Part shown: piece after piece, positions 27,581 through 38,719 of the stretch
Numbering within the stretch: the stretch's first letter is position 1
Layout: each line of letters starts with the position of its first letter
From: the human T2T-CHM13v2.0 reference genome, Homo sapiens
Direction: 5' to 3' (one strand)
DNA length: 64,000 bases
Assembly (NCBI RefSeq): GCF_009914755.1
Contig: NC_060934.1
Notes under the pieces: generated by a model
Database searches by the model: none
Seen by the model: only the letters and a program-made list of their open reading frames with translations
Told to the model about the DNA's origin: nothing
Translations under genes and position numbers: made by a program

Positions 27581-28409
27581 GGAAAAAATTCCATTGGGCA
27601 AGAGTTCTCATGACCAACATTTGATTGCAGGCTCCTTAAAGATGGGCTATTTTTTTTCCCTGTTGACTCTTCAGAGTGTCCTGAAAAGCCTTGGGCCCTG
27701 TGGCTCCTTGATGAGTTCATTAGACTCACTGACAAGTCCTGCAGACCTTTGCTTCTTGATGCCAGCTGTGTGCTGCTCTCTGAAGCTCCTTCTTTCACAC
27801 CAAACAACAGTTTCCAGGGCTGGTGGGCGTTGGACAGTCTGGAGCGATTCTTGACTTGATTTACTAATACATACTATTGCAAGAAAACCTTTGTGAAAGT
27901 AGCCACCATCCTGTCTGCCTTTTTATTCTGAAGCTCCTCTTGCTCTCCCAGCCCCATGTTCTCATGCACACTGTCACAGTGAGTTGTTTAAGTGCTCAGA
28001 TGTTATTACTTCCTGGGTAATCTACTTGGAGAGTTAAAGTTTGGCCTGTGGCCTGGGCTAGGCATTCCTTTTTCCTAGGATTGACTTTCTGGAAAGGAGG
28101 GTGATCCAGCCTGTTGGACTGAGCACAGCACTTTGAGAAAAGGGGAGCTTAGGAATGGAGCCCAGAGGAAGCCCCCTGGTTAGGAGGAGTTGTTTATTTT
28201 AGCTGTCAGGATGGCAAAGATGGTTTCTATTTGGCCTGCCCTGTTGTACTTACTGGCTGCTATTGGTTCATTTTGTTTGAAAAAAAAAAAAGGAAAGGAA
28301 AGTGGCTGATTGTTGAAGAAGCTTTCGTTCAATGGGAAAAAGTGCTTCTACCTTACAACAGGAAAAGCGTCAGCAATGGCAGGAGAAAGCAAAGTGGGCC
28401 ATCTCTTCA

Positions 28410-28440
28410 TGGAGCCATCTGGTGGCTCTTCGCTGTAAGC
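28410..28440 (-). promoter_or_regulatory. Candidate CTCF site (core plus upstream-motif-like sequence)
   Basis: Minus strand reads gcttacagcgaagaGCCACCAGATGGCTCC, close to the CTCF core CCACCAG(A/G)(T/G)GGC, with a TGCAG-like upstream element; lies in unique sequence. Confidence 0.55.
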
Positions 28441-28578
28441 ACCACTCCTGGAGTCTCCTGTGTGGGTGCAGAGCTCACTCCATGCATCTCTTCTCGGAGA
28501 AGTGGCCTCCTCCAGTGCAGGAAGGAAACTCCTCTCCGCCACGGTGCACCAGATGGCTGCCCACTTTGATTGGCTTCA

Positions 28579-29056
28579 TCATGGCTTTCAGGGACCTGCA
28601 GGACCTGCCCCTGGGCTTTGTTCTCAGCCTCTACTCCAGATGCGCTTCTCCAGCTCCACCCCACCTGCCTGCCCCCTGCCCTCCTAGGGCCTTTGCATTT
28701 CCTCCCCTCTGCTCAGGATGCCTTTCTCCAACGTCTTCTTAAGGCTGATTCCTTCTCATTGCTTCTATTGCAACTCAGAGGAGCCTTCCTCAGAGAGGCC
28801 TTCCTTGACCACTCTTCCTAAAGCAGGCCCTGTCCCAAGTCACTGTTCGTGACAAGTGTCGGCTTTATTTTACTCATAGGATACTTAGTGGCATCTAAAT
28901 CCTATTCATTCATGTTCTTCCCTCTTGTTTATTGCCTGTGTTAAATGCAAGAGAACAAAGCCTTATCTGATTATTTTATCTCTGTCTCCCTAACATCAAG
29001 AAAAGTACCTGGCTTGTACTGAATGTTCAGTAAATATATGCGAAAAAATGAATGAA
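28579..29056 (+). mobile_element. L2a 3' end
   Basis: agggcctttgca, cttcctcagagaggccttccttgaccac, gtttattgcctgt; ends agtaaatat..aatgaatgaa. Confidence 0.85.
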
Positions 29057-29752
29057 ACTAAAGACATAAAACATAGAAAGGGAGGTGCTTTAGAGCCCAG
29101 ATATGTCTGTCTGAGGCTGTGCTGGACTCCTCCTCATTCCCTCTGTTTCTCCCTAGATAACAATCTATGGAAGGGGCTATTTCTCTGGCTAGCATCCATT
29201 TTTCTCTGGGATTCTATTCTGGTTGGCAGGAATTTGGTTCTTCCCACCATCAAACCCTCCCGGGTCTCTTTCTTGGTTCAGTTTTTCCTAATGTACATTC
29301 ACACTCTTTAATAGCTTTAACAGTGACTGTTTATAGGGGGGAAGCTGTCTTCCAACTTTGAGGTGCTATGATTTTTAGACATTTCCAAATATTCTATATA
29401 AAACACAGAACCATCAAGAGAAATTCATACCTCATCTGATCACAATCTCCTGGTTAACTTCCTTCACTGTGGACAGCGCTTGGCCTGCATATCCACACTC
29501 CTTTGCAGCCAGCAGCTGCCTCTTCTCTTGATGCTGCCTTTTCGTTGCCTAGCCAGGAACCAAGGCTCTATCTGCCCAAGGCTCTATCTGCTCTATCTTT
29601 AGAGAAGAGCCCTCAGATTCCAGGGAGCAGCAGCTCATTTTTAGTGAGGTTTCCCCTGTACCTGGGCTGGTCAAATATTCTCCCTCGGCCTTTTCTTCAA
29701 GATTTTTTTTTCCACTCGTGTGTGTGTGTGTGTGCATTCACACACATGTGCA

Positions 29753-30364
29753 TGGCCATTGCACCCCACATAGAGCCCCAGCCTCATCCAAATTGCTGGT
29801 TCTTCTCTTCATTATTCTCTCTTTTTCTCATCCTCATCCTTCCTGGATTCTTCCAACAAATTCCAAATTTCTTTCCCATTTGGTATTTAGAAAACATAAG
29901 CTTGAACCACCAACTCAATACACTGTGAGCATCTCACAATTTCTCCAAATTCCTTGGGGATTACTGTCTTGTAATCACTCCTGGCTTCTAACTCCTGCTT
30001 TTTAAATTTGTGGCTCTATGCTTTCTGTTGTTCTAATCCATGTTGACTCATACCTGAAATTGAGCCTCTTCCCTGAGTTCACCAACACAAACAAAAATCC
30101 CCACTTATTCATGAAAGTTTGCAGAGAAGATTTTAGAGTAGACTTAAGAGGAGGATGGAGACGGTCTTATTGCAACAGCACACAGCCACATATGAAAATA
30201 GTCATCCAAGTTCTGCCTTCCCATCCCTGAGATTTTTCACTGGCCATTGCACCCCACATAGAGCCTCAGCCTCATTCAAATTGCTGGTTCTTCTCTCCAG
30301 CCTTCTCTCTTTTTTCTCATCCTCATCCTTCCTGGGTTCTCCTGACAAATTCCAATTTTTCTTT
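29753..30364 (+). repeat. Local direct duplication of about 120 bp (29753-29874 and 30241-30364)
   Basis: Both copies read tggccattgcaccccacatagagcc.cagcctcat.caaattgctggttcttctct...tctcatcctcatccttcctgg..ttc..acaaattccaa.ttt. Confidence 0.93.
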
Positions 30365-31007
30365 TTAGTTATGCGGAGCAATTCAACTCTTCCCTGCCTT
30401 TCTTTCCACATCTTGCTCTGGGTCCATTTTGCATATCCAAACTCATCAAGGTACGCAGCAGATTCAAAGGGTTTCTTATTTATGAAGAGCTGCTCTCCAT
30501 GGAAGGCAATTGTGGTTTAAGCAGCATTTCCTTCTCCTTTGTAAGCAAGTTATTCAAGAAAAGGCCAATAGGAACTGATGCCCTGTGTGTCATCCAAATA
30601 AAGAATCCACAAAATACCAAAACTAGGAGTGGCTTTTCTGAGGACCTACTCATTGTCTACTTACTGTCTATTTTGAGAGGGCAAATGGCTCAAAGAATCC
30701 TATGAGCCACTGAAATCAAACTGACAAAGCTTTTAGAGTCACTTTGCCTCCATAGGGCAACTAAGAGCCCCTGAGCTCTGTTTGCCCTTCTACTGGGGGT
30801 GTCTTTCCATCCTGGGTGAACTAGCAGTTTTCATGAGCTTTTCTCAGCATGAAACTTATTAAAAACAAAACAAAACAAAGAAAAGAAATCATCTTTCCAC
30901 CTTTTGCACTGGCAGCGGTAGAGCTGTGTTGGCAAGGGAAGATTTACTGGGCCTGGAGTTGTTCTTGGAGCAGGTTGCTCTGTGGAGGGAATCTAGGAGT
31001 GAGAAAG

Positions 31008-31135
31008 AAATCAGAGTCATAGAATGTGCCAGTGGAGGGGTCCTCAGACAGCCCACAGAGAAGCGCCTCCCTTTGTAGCTGAGGAATCCTAAGCCCAGAG
31101 CAGTGAAGCGACTTATTTGCCCAAGGTCACACATC
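31008..31135 (-). mobile_element. MIR3/MIRc fragment
   Basis: gagtcatagaatgt..gctgaggaatcctaagcccagag..ttgcccaaggtcacac. Confidence 0.7.
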
Positions 31136-32775
31136 AAGGCTGTGTAATTTATGGTTCATTGTTCAATCTGGCTAGGGAAGTAGGAGCCCCTTGGTCTGCC
31201 CTGGCTGCAGAAATAGGCCCACATAAGGGGTGTCGGGGCTGCTTTAGAAAACCCACAGCACTTTGAATCAAGGAAAAATGAGTCAATTGGTTCTTCTTCT
31301 TCATTCTTGAACTTTAAAAATCTGAGTTGCGGTTCAGTATTTGAGGTGGTATGTGCATTTGGCTGAGGGGGCGGAAGGTGACAGGGAGGATTCAGAAGAT
31401 GGTGATTAGGTTCTTTGAGATGTCTGGGGGAGGAGGAAGAGCACGGAAGGAGGTGGGTTCCTCCCTAGTAGTGGAAAAAGAAATGTAAGTGGGTCAATTT
31501 GATGTCAGCTCTTGCCCTTCTAGACTGCAATGAAAAGAATATGCAGTCAAGTTTTTCTTTGGCAGAATGACTGCTATGTACACTGGAATCAGAGAAAAAA
31601 AATGTTGCATAGGATGGTTTGTAGTAGAGAATCTGTTGTGACCAATTTAATTCAGCTCAACAAGAAATTGTCAAGCAGTGATTATACACCCATCACAAGG
31701 TCAGATGTCTTGTGGGGAGCAGGAAGAAAGGCTCTCCAGTATCACTATATCCAAGACCTGACAGTCTTATTAAGAAATTGAGACCCACCTACATGGAACA
31801 GATAAAAAATTGGATTCAATAGCTTAAATGCCAAAAGTCTTGGTACCGAAAATGTGTATTCTGGAAAGTTATGAGGAAAGGGGTTGGGGGAGGGGTCATG
31901 AGGAAGTGAAACCTGAGCCAGAGTGAAAGCTGTTTGTTTTGGGGACTGTGTCTTCTTCTGTGTTTTCACTAGAGAGAGGCTTTGTCCATAATAGGTGCTC
32001 ACTAAAAACCTCCTCAGTGATGGAGGGAAAGTAGGTGGGCAAAAACAGAAGAGAAGATGCAGAGGTGGTCCAGAGGTTTGCAGCTGCAAAGGCCAGACAA
32101 ACTTAGCAGAGCAGAGAGGGTACTTGGTAGAATTGTAGGTAGGACCAGGAGGCTGAAATGTTTTCAGATGCAGAATTTGGACTTGCTCTGTGGCCAAAGG
32201 GAAACACAGGAGAGGCAAGGGTAGGTGCTTTGGAAAGTACACGGGCCTGTGGGTGAGGATGATGTGGGTGCTATACTGGGCTCTGCCCTGATGCAGCTTT
32301 GGAGGCGCTATTGAATTCTCTTTGCCTTAGCTTTTTAACATGTCAGATACAAGGCTGGACTGTGAATTCTCTTTCATGTCTACCCTCTTAAGGAATAAAT
32401 CTGAGGATGATGTGCAGGGTGGACACTTGGAGGCAGAGAAACAATTTGGTTGTGGGAATTCAGGCGCTGAAGACCTGGACCAGGGTGCTAGTAAAGGGAA
32501 AAGCAAAGGAGGGAAGGATTTGAGAAATTTGGAAGTGATTATAAGGATACCTTTAGATGTTACTTAACAGAGTAGCACAGTTTGCTTAAAGGGAAGAGAG
32601 ATGTTTTAGAGGGTGGTATTTGGGGTGTGAGGTAACTGTGGGATGTCTCTGAAGCAGCTAGAAATGTAGGACTAGTGGTCGGCTGGGCAGGGCAGGCTAT
32701 TTAAAAGTAGATCCTTGAAATCAGATGACATAGTTTTGAATCCTGACTCTAATGGCCCTGGGCACATGACTAGAG

Positions 32776-32964
32776 TAGGGTGAGCAACTCTTCCAGTGTG
32801 CATTAGGGCATTCCCAGCTTTAGCACTGAAAGTCCCATGTCTTGGGAAATTCCCCGGTCCCAGTCAAACTGGGACAGCTTGCCTGGGACCGTCCTCGTTT
32901 GAAAACCACAAGGCCTGCATGCCAGGAACTACTTTTGTGGTAGGCAAACTGGGAAAACTGGTGA
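32776..32964. mobile_element. MER81 (hAT-Blackjack) relic, apparently a tandem pair, nested in a MIR
   Basis: tagggtgagcaactc..ttagcactgaaagtcccatgtc..gggaaa..gtcccagtcaaactgggacag, followed by a second degenerate copy ending ggcaaactgggaaaactggtga. Confidence 0.7.
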
Positions 32965-33120
32965 AGATACTTGATCAATTTTAGCTTCAGGCTCCTCATC
33001 TGAAAAGTAAGGATAATAATATGCCTTCCTCAGAGGTTGTATGAATTAAATGAGATGATATATGTGAAGTACTCAGCATAAAGATTAGCACAAAGAAGCA
33101 TAAGAGAAACATTTGTGAAA
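32965..33120 (+). mobile_element. MIR 3' half
   Basis: tcctcatctgaaaagtaaggataataatatgccttcctcagaggttgtatgaattaaatgagatgata. Confidence 0.8.
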
Positions 33121-33885
33121 GGATGAGTTAGATGAATCCTGCAGATGAACCAGTTAGGTGCAGAGGAGATGGGTAAAGTAATCCAGTGTCAACACGGGAC
33201 ACCAGCAGAGTCAGCGGCTTTGTGTACAGAACTTGTAGCTGGGATTGACCTGTATTTGTGAAAGAAGGCTTGCCAAGAAAATTAGTAATGTAAACAAGGA
33301 AAATGTTAGCCCATTGAAGAGGGCAACATTTTAATAATACTTATGCTAATTATAAGTGAATAGGTACATTCCATCAAGGATTTCCAAGATTCTTTAAAGA
33401 CATACATCCCTGCTTTCTGGCTCAATTGACACTGTGGCTATATGTGCTTAAATGAAATAAACCACATTTTGTTTCCATATTCATACATTCATTGGTTGAG
33501 GCACTCATTCAACAAATACTTATTGAGCATTTTTTATGTGTTAGGCACAATGCTAGGCTCTATGGAAACCACAAGAAATATAAAAAGTAGTCTGCAATCT
33601 TAGAAAATTTACTATAAAGTGGTTTTATTATACTTATTTTACTTATTTAAACATGAATCACCATTTCCCCTGCCTAATTCTTTCCCCACCAATATTGGGG
33701 ACTTTTGACAGATACATATACGAATATGATTTTAATTACCTTCAAAGTTCTAGAAGCCAGAAACAGAGAAATCAGAAAGTCCCCACCAGGGCATCTTGAA
33801 GCGGTAGGACAAGAACAGGAAAGGTAGACTAGGACAGCAAAAGGACAGAGGAGGAGGGGAACTGAGAGAGAAGGGGACAGGAGCG

Positions 33886-34250
33886 AGGAAGGAGGGGAGA
33901 GCAGGTAGGAGGGAGGAGCAGGAAGGAGGGGGAAGCAGGAAGGAGGGGGGAAGCGGGAAGGAGGGGGGAAGCGGGAAGGAGGGGGAAGCAGGAAGGATGG
34001 GGGAAGCAGGAAGGAGGGGGGAAGCAGGAACGAGGGGGAAGCAGGAACGAGGGGGGAAGCAGGAGCGAGGAGGGAAGCAGGAACGAGGGGGAAGCAGGAA
34101 CGAGGGGGAGCAGAAGGAGGGGGAACAAGAAGGAAAGGGAAGCAGGAAGGCGGGGGAGCAGGAAGGAGGGGAAAACAGGAAGGAGGGGGAACAAGAAGGA
34201 GAGGGGAACAGGAAGGAGGGGGAGCAGGAAGGAGGGTGAACAGGAAAGAA
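33886..34250 (+). repeat. Purine-rich minisatellite, unit about GGAAGCAGGAA(G/C)GAGGGG (18-19 bp)
   Basis: Directly visible tandem units; source of the low-complexity 237-aa and 170-aa P/L/S/F ORFs. Confidence 0.95.
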
Positions 34251-35477
34251 GGGTTTGAATGAAAGAGTCTGAGGCAGGAGAAAGTGGAGACAGCAGCAAG
34301 AGGACTGAGGAAAGAAAGGAGAAAGGAAGGAACCTGTGCATCGCGAGGCAGGTGGGGAGGGAAAGAGAACTTGAGGAGAGACAGCAATTGAGGCTGGAAG
34401 AGGCTCAGGGCTGCTGAGCCTTAGTCACCACCCAATGAATAGAAATGTTCAAATTACACACGAGGGTTGTTTTTTTTTTTCCCACAGCTAAGAGGAAACT
34501 GAGGTAAAGACCAGAGCAGAGGAGGTCTGTAATCCCACTTCAGCTCTGCCTCTCTCTCCATTTTGCCTGAGGTTAATCTGCTCCAGGCATGTGTCTGTCA
34601 CCTCTTTCTGATACCACAGGAGCCAAAGATCCTGCCCTTTCTGTGTCCAGCTAAGGCTGGGTCTGCGTTGGCAGGGGCCACCTCCTCCAGGAGTCAGCAG
34701 CTCCCCTGAGCTGTGCAGGCTGCTACTTCCCCAAAGTGCTTCCCTCTCAGAACTGGCTCTGGTGCAACTTTGACAGCACCCTTCCTCCTCCTTCACCTGA
34801 AGAGGTGAAGCAGAGTCAGGGAGAACATTTGTTTTCTCCTCCTTTCTTTCATTTTTCTTCAACACTCATTCTCCCTTTCCATTTTCCTGTTTTATATATC
34901 CTAGAGGATTTCATAAAGTAAGAGATTCAAGATAAAATGCTCAACACCCTCCAAGCCTCAGAGTCCAAGAGAGGAGTTGTATGTAAGTAATCAGCTCACT
35001 TACCCTTGGAGAAGGACCAGGCTGGAAGGGCCTTCCGAGGGCATAATAGTTAGCCAAGAGCTGGGACCAGAAGGTTGAAAAATTCCATGATCCGAGCCAA
35101 GTGGTCAGATCCTCCATCAGCAAAACTCGAACGCATCTGGCTAGCCAAGCATGGCTGCCATTGTGCATCTCAGAGGCCCAGACTGGTTTATCTCTTGAGC
35201 TATGATTTCAAGGGACAAAACTATTATAGACTCTAGGCCTGAAAGGAAGCTGTGCTGCTGAATATCAATTTCTGGGCTTTAAATATATATATATAACCTA
35301 TTTGAAGGATGCTAAGCTATTAAGTGCAATCAGCGAGGCAGCTCCTTTGTGAACACGCCTCTGCTGTACATCTCAGACCCTTTTGAGTCGGGGCTTCTAC
35401 ATTTCTGACTTGTTTTGATGCTTTGTATCATTAGACTCTTAGGATGCTTTTAGTTATTACTCGACTGCCTGGACAGT

Positions 35478-35490
35478 CCATATTTGGAAG
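35478..35490. promoter_or_regulatory. Consensus CArG box (SRF) with overlapping GGAAG
   Basis: CCATATTTGG matches CC(A/T)6GG, in non-repeat sequence; motif match only. Confidence 0.3.
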
Positions 35491-35569
35491 AAAGTCATAT
35501 AAATGGCAACTGTCCAGCATTTTCAGAGGCTCGGGGATAGCTTGGAGATGATTACATTAAATTATGCTT

Positions 35570-35995
35570 GCGTATCACATTATAGTTTGCAAGCACTTTC
35601 CCCATTCAGTAGCTCCCTGAATCTTGAAACAACTCTGCCAGATGGGTAGGATTATCCCCAATTTGTTGATGAGGAAATGAAGGTCTAGAGAGGTGAACCG
35701 ACTAGCCAAAGTCTTACAGCCAGTGGTAGATACAGATTTCCTAACTTAAATTGTATGTTTTTCCACCAAAGCTATTGTCTGTAAATGACATACAAATGAA
35801 GACAATTATAAATATGGATTGAACTTTTACTCTTTGCCAGGCATCATGCTAAGTGCTTTAACACGCATTTTCTCATTTAGTTTTCCCAGCGGGCACCTGA
35901 AGAAATGGATATTATTATCCCCATACTACAGATGAGAAAAGTGAGACTTACTGAGATGAAGCAGCCTGCACACTGTCACATGAAGGAGTTGTAGA
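35570..35995 (-). mobile_element. Two adjacent MIR fragments
   Basis: gatgaggaaatgaaggtctagagaggtgaa; tgccaggcatcatgctaagtgcttta..attatccccatactacagatgagaaaagtgagac. Confidence 0.75.
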
Positions 35996-35999
35996 GACC

Positions 36000-36354
36000 T
36001 GTATTAGTCCATTTTCATACTGCTATAATGAACTGCCTGAGATGGGGGTAATTTATAAAGGAAAGAGGTTTAATTGACTCACAGTTCAGCATGGCTGGGG
36101 AGGCCTCAGGAAACTTACAATCATAGTGGAAGGTGAAGGAGAAGCAAGGCACCTTCTGGCAGGAAGGAAATGTGCCGAGTGAAGGGGGAAAGAGCTCCTT
36201 GTAAGGCCATCAGATCTCGTGAGAACTCTATCACGAGAACAGCATGGGGGAAACCGCCCCGATGATTCAATTACCTCCACCTGGCCTCTTCTTTGACACG
36301 TGGGGATTATGGGGATTATGAAGATTACAATTCAAGGTGAGATTTGATTTATCA
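36000..36354 (-). mobile_element. THE1D-like MaLR solo LTR
   Basis: tgtattagtccattttcatactgct..gaggcctcaggaaacttacaatcat..catcagatctcgtgagaact..tggggattatgggg..atca; 5-bp TSD AGACC on both sides. Confidence 0.93.
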
Positions 36355-37271
36355 AGACCTAAACCTAGCTAGTCTGATACCAGAACTGGTGTTCTTAACC
36401 CCTGATACCAAGCAGGAGAGAGAGAGAGAGCATTCAATCTGACTTGGGGCCCTGCGTTTAATTGTCTATCCATTTTCTTTGTCTCCTGTTTGAAAGTTTC
36501 CATTCCCTGGGATATCAGAAGTCCTGTTATCCAAGTCCTCTGCAGACAAAAATTAAATTGGTTGTCAGGTTTCCGGGGTTGGGGCACCAGCAGAACACAG
36601 GTTTTGGGGGAGAGAGGACAGCATAAGGCAGGGATGGAGATGGAGGAGGGGTTTCCCATTCAAGTATGGCCACAGTGACAGGGGCTGAAGGGCGTGACGG
36701 TGTCATGCACGTGCAGGGGACACAGTGCCATCCCTTCTTCCTAGCCATATGTGCTGCTCTGTCTTTTTTATAGTGCCACATATGGCACTTCCTTAATGAA
36801 ATTTCTTATAATAATTTATCTGACCTGTATCATTCTGTTAGCTTTAACAAAAGAAATTCTGACAGGTTTTGATATTAAATCTAAAAATATGTTTTCAACT
36901 CACTGAGGAGCCATAAAGCAGGCTGAAATCATACTAATGATAATGGACAATCTGCTTTCTACCATCAAGTTCTGATTATTTACATGTAGCAAACCATCCA
37001 GAGATAATGTGAGCCTTGAGTCTCCTTTCAATTTTTACTAATCTTCCCGAATTTACCAAATGGGGGTAGTGGAGGCCTGAAAGAAGGCTCCCCAGGTCAC
37101 CTTGGCATGCCCTTCTTGATGCCTCAGTGTGTCACATGAAGCCATCCCAGTGCAGCTGCTCATGAATCTCTGGGCTGACCCTCCTGCAGTGGGGCTGCAG
37201 GGCTGTTTCAGTTAAAAAGCTCATGGTTCAGGAAAGGGATTTGCAATCTGATTTTCACAGATGTTTCTTTT

Positions 37272-37960
37272 CAGGCATCTTCCCTGAAACAATCCTTGTG
37301 GCGTTCAGATGGGCAGAGTGAACAGCACTGCCCTTGAACATGGGCAGCTCCGGTAGAGCTGTGCTCTGGCCCCCTTCGTGCTATACCTCTTCCTGCAGGG
37401 CATTCAGTCTGCAGGACTGAGGGACAACATCCACTCAGAGCCCATGCCCCTCTAGACTTCAGGTGCCTGGGACCCCATATTCCTGCCCAAACAGCCCTGA
37501 ACCCAACTTCACTCCCAGGTCTCTTCCTGGGTCTGACTTCCTGAGAGTCCATCCTGCTGACAGCCTGCACACTCCCTAGTTCTGAAGGGGTTTGGGAGGT
37601 TGCTGTCACAACAGCCTGTGGATGAAGTTTGGACATGTGGCCAGAGGGGTCTATCTGCATGTTAACAAGGTGCTTGCAGTGTGGGACAGAGCCAGGGGTG
37701 GCGGGAAGTGGGATGCAGCCTCAGGCTCCAGGATCCCCTCTCTCATGGGTCACGCTCACTGAGGAACTCTGAGGGGTTCTGAATTTCAACTTGGCCTTTC
37801 AGGTCATTATGAAGGTTCACTTGCCAAGGCAGGAGGATGAAACATATATTCCTCAGCAGTTTGTCAACTTGACTTACATCTGTTACACATTTAGACGTAT
37901 GTCACGTGGGCCTCCATTTGTACTCTTGCTCCAGCCCATGACAATATGAGGATGGGCCTG
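37272..37960. mobile_element. hAT-Tip100 non-autonomous transposon (MER115-like)
   Basis: Imperfect terminal inverted repeats caggca.../...gggcctg; right end gggcctccatttgtactcttg; about 690 bp. Confidence 0.55.
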
Positions 37961-38191
37961 ATAGGGTGGGGACCGAGCTTGTGGACCAAACAGATGGAGT
38001 ATGGGGCAGGTGGACACAAGGCTTCTTCTTGTCCCACTCTCAAGGTGATGGGTTCATGCATTTCATTGAAGAATAGGGGAAGAGGAGAACTTGGGTTCTC
38101 TCCTTGGATTTGTTATCAAGTGACTAAATATCTTGGGTAGTTCTTTTCATGGTCTCAGTTTCCTGGTCGGTTAAAGAGAGAAGAGGTAGAT

Positions 38192-38380
38192 TAGCATTTC
38201 CCAGGGCATGTTCCTAGACAACTTGCTCTGCCAGACGACCTATGAAACAAGGATTCCATGATCAATTAAATTTAGGAAACAAATTCTTTCTTCTTTGAGA
38301 ATCATAATGCAAATTTGCATAATAAAGCCTCCCATAAGTCCTGTAGCTAAAAAAAATGATTAATTTTAATTACCATAGTT
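38192..38380. mobile_element. Old hAT-Charlie-type relic (MER103C-like)
   Basis: gcatttccca..gttcc..ggattccatg.tcaa..tttaggaaa..taagtcctgtag resemble the recalled consensus. Confidence 0.45.
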
Positions 38381-38391
38381 TCATACACCAA

Positions 38392-38570
38392 AGATTTATT
38401 GAGTTCTTACTGTTTGCTAGGGACTATGCTATGTGTTTTACATGTAAATTTTATTTAACTATCACACCAGACCTATCATATAGATATTGTTAGTATTCCA
38501 TTTTACAGATGTTGAAACCAGGGCTTGGAGAAGCTAGGAAACTTGCCCAGAGTCAGGAATGAAGCTTGCT
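38392..38570 (-). mobile_element. MIR SINE
   Basis: atttattgagttcttactgt..ccattttacagatgttgaaacc..aacttgcccagagtca. Confidence 0.8.
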
Positions 38571-38719
38571 ATCTCTTTTGTCCAGTATAGGTCATTAAGC
38601 CATCTTATTTGTACTTTTTACCTTTGGTGGTTATCACTACAAGCTCAGAATGATCTCCTATGTACATCCTATTTATTAGAAACTATTCCTCATTATAAAC
38701 ATTTTTCTAAACTGAAAAA

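Noticed and set aside
33674-34387. 237-aa and 170-aa Pro/Leu/Ser-rich ORFs
   Set aside because: Products of the stop-free purine minisatellite.
34489-34504. Possible 16-nt microexon after a poly-T acceptor (ctaagaggaaactgag|gtaaag)
   Set aside because: Matches a decayed MIR core (acagatgaggaaactgagg) and is not frame-preserving.
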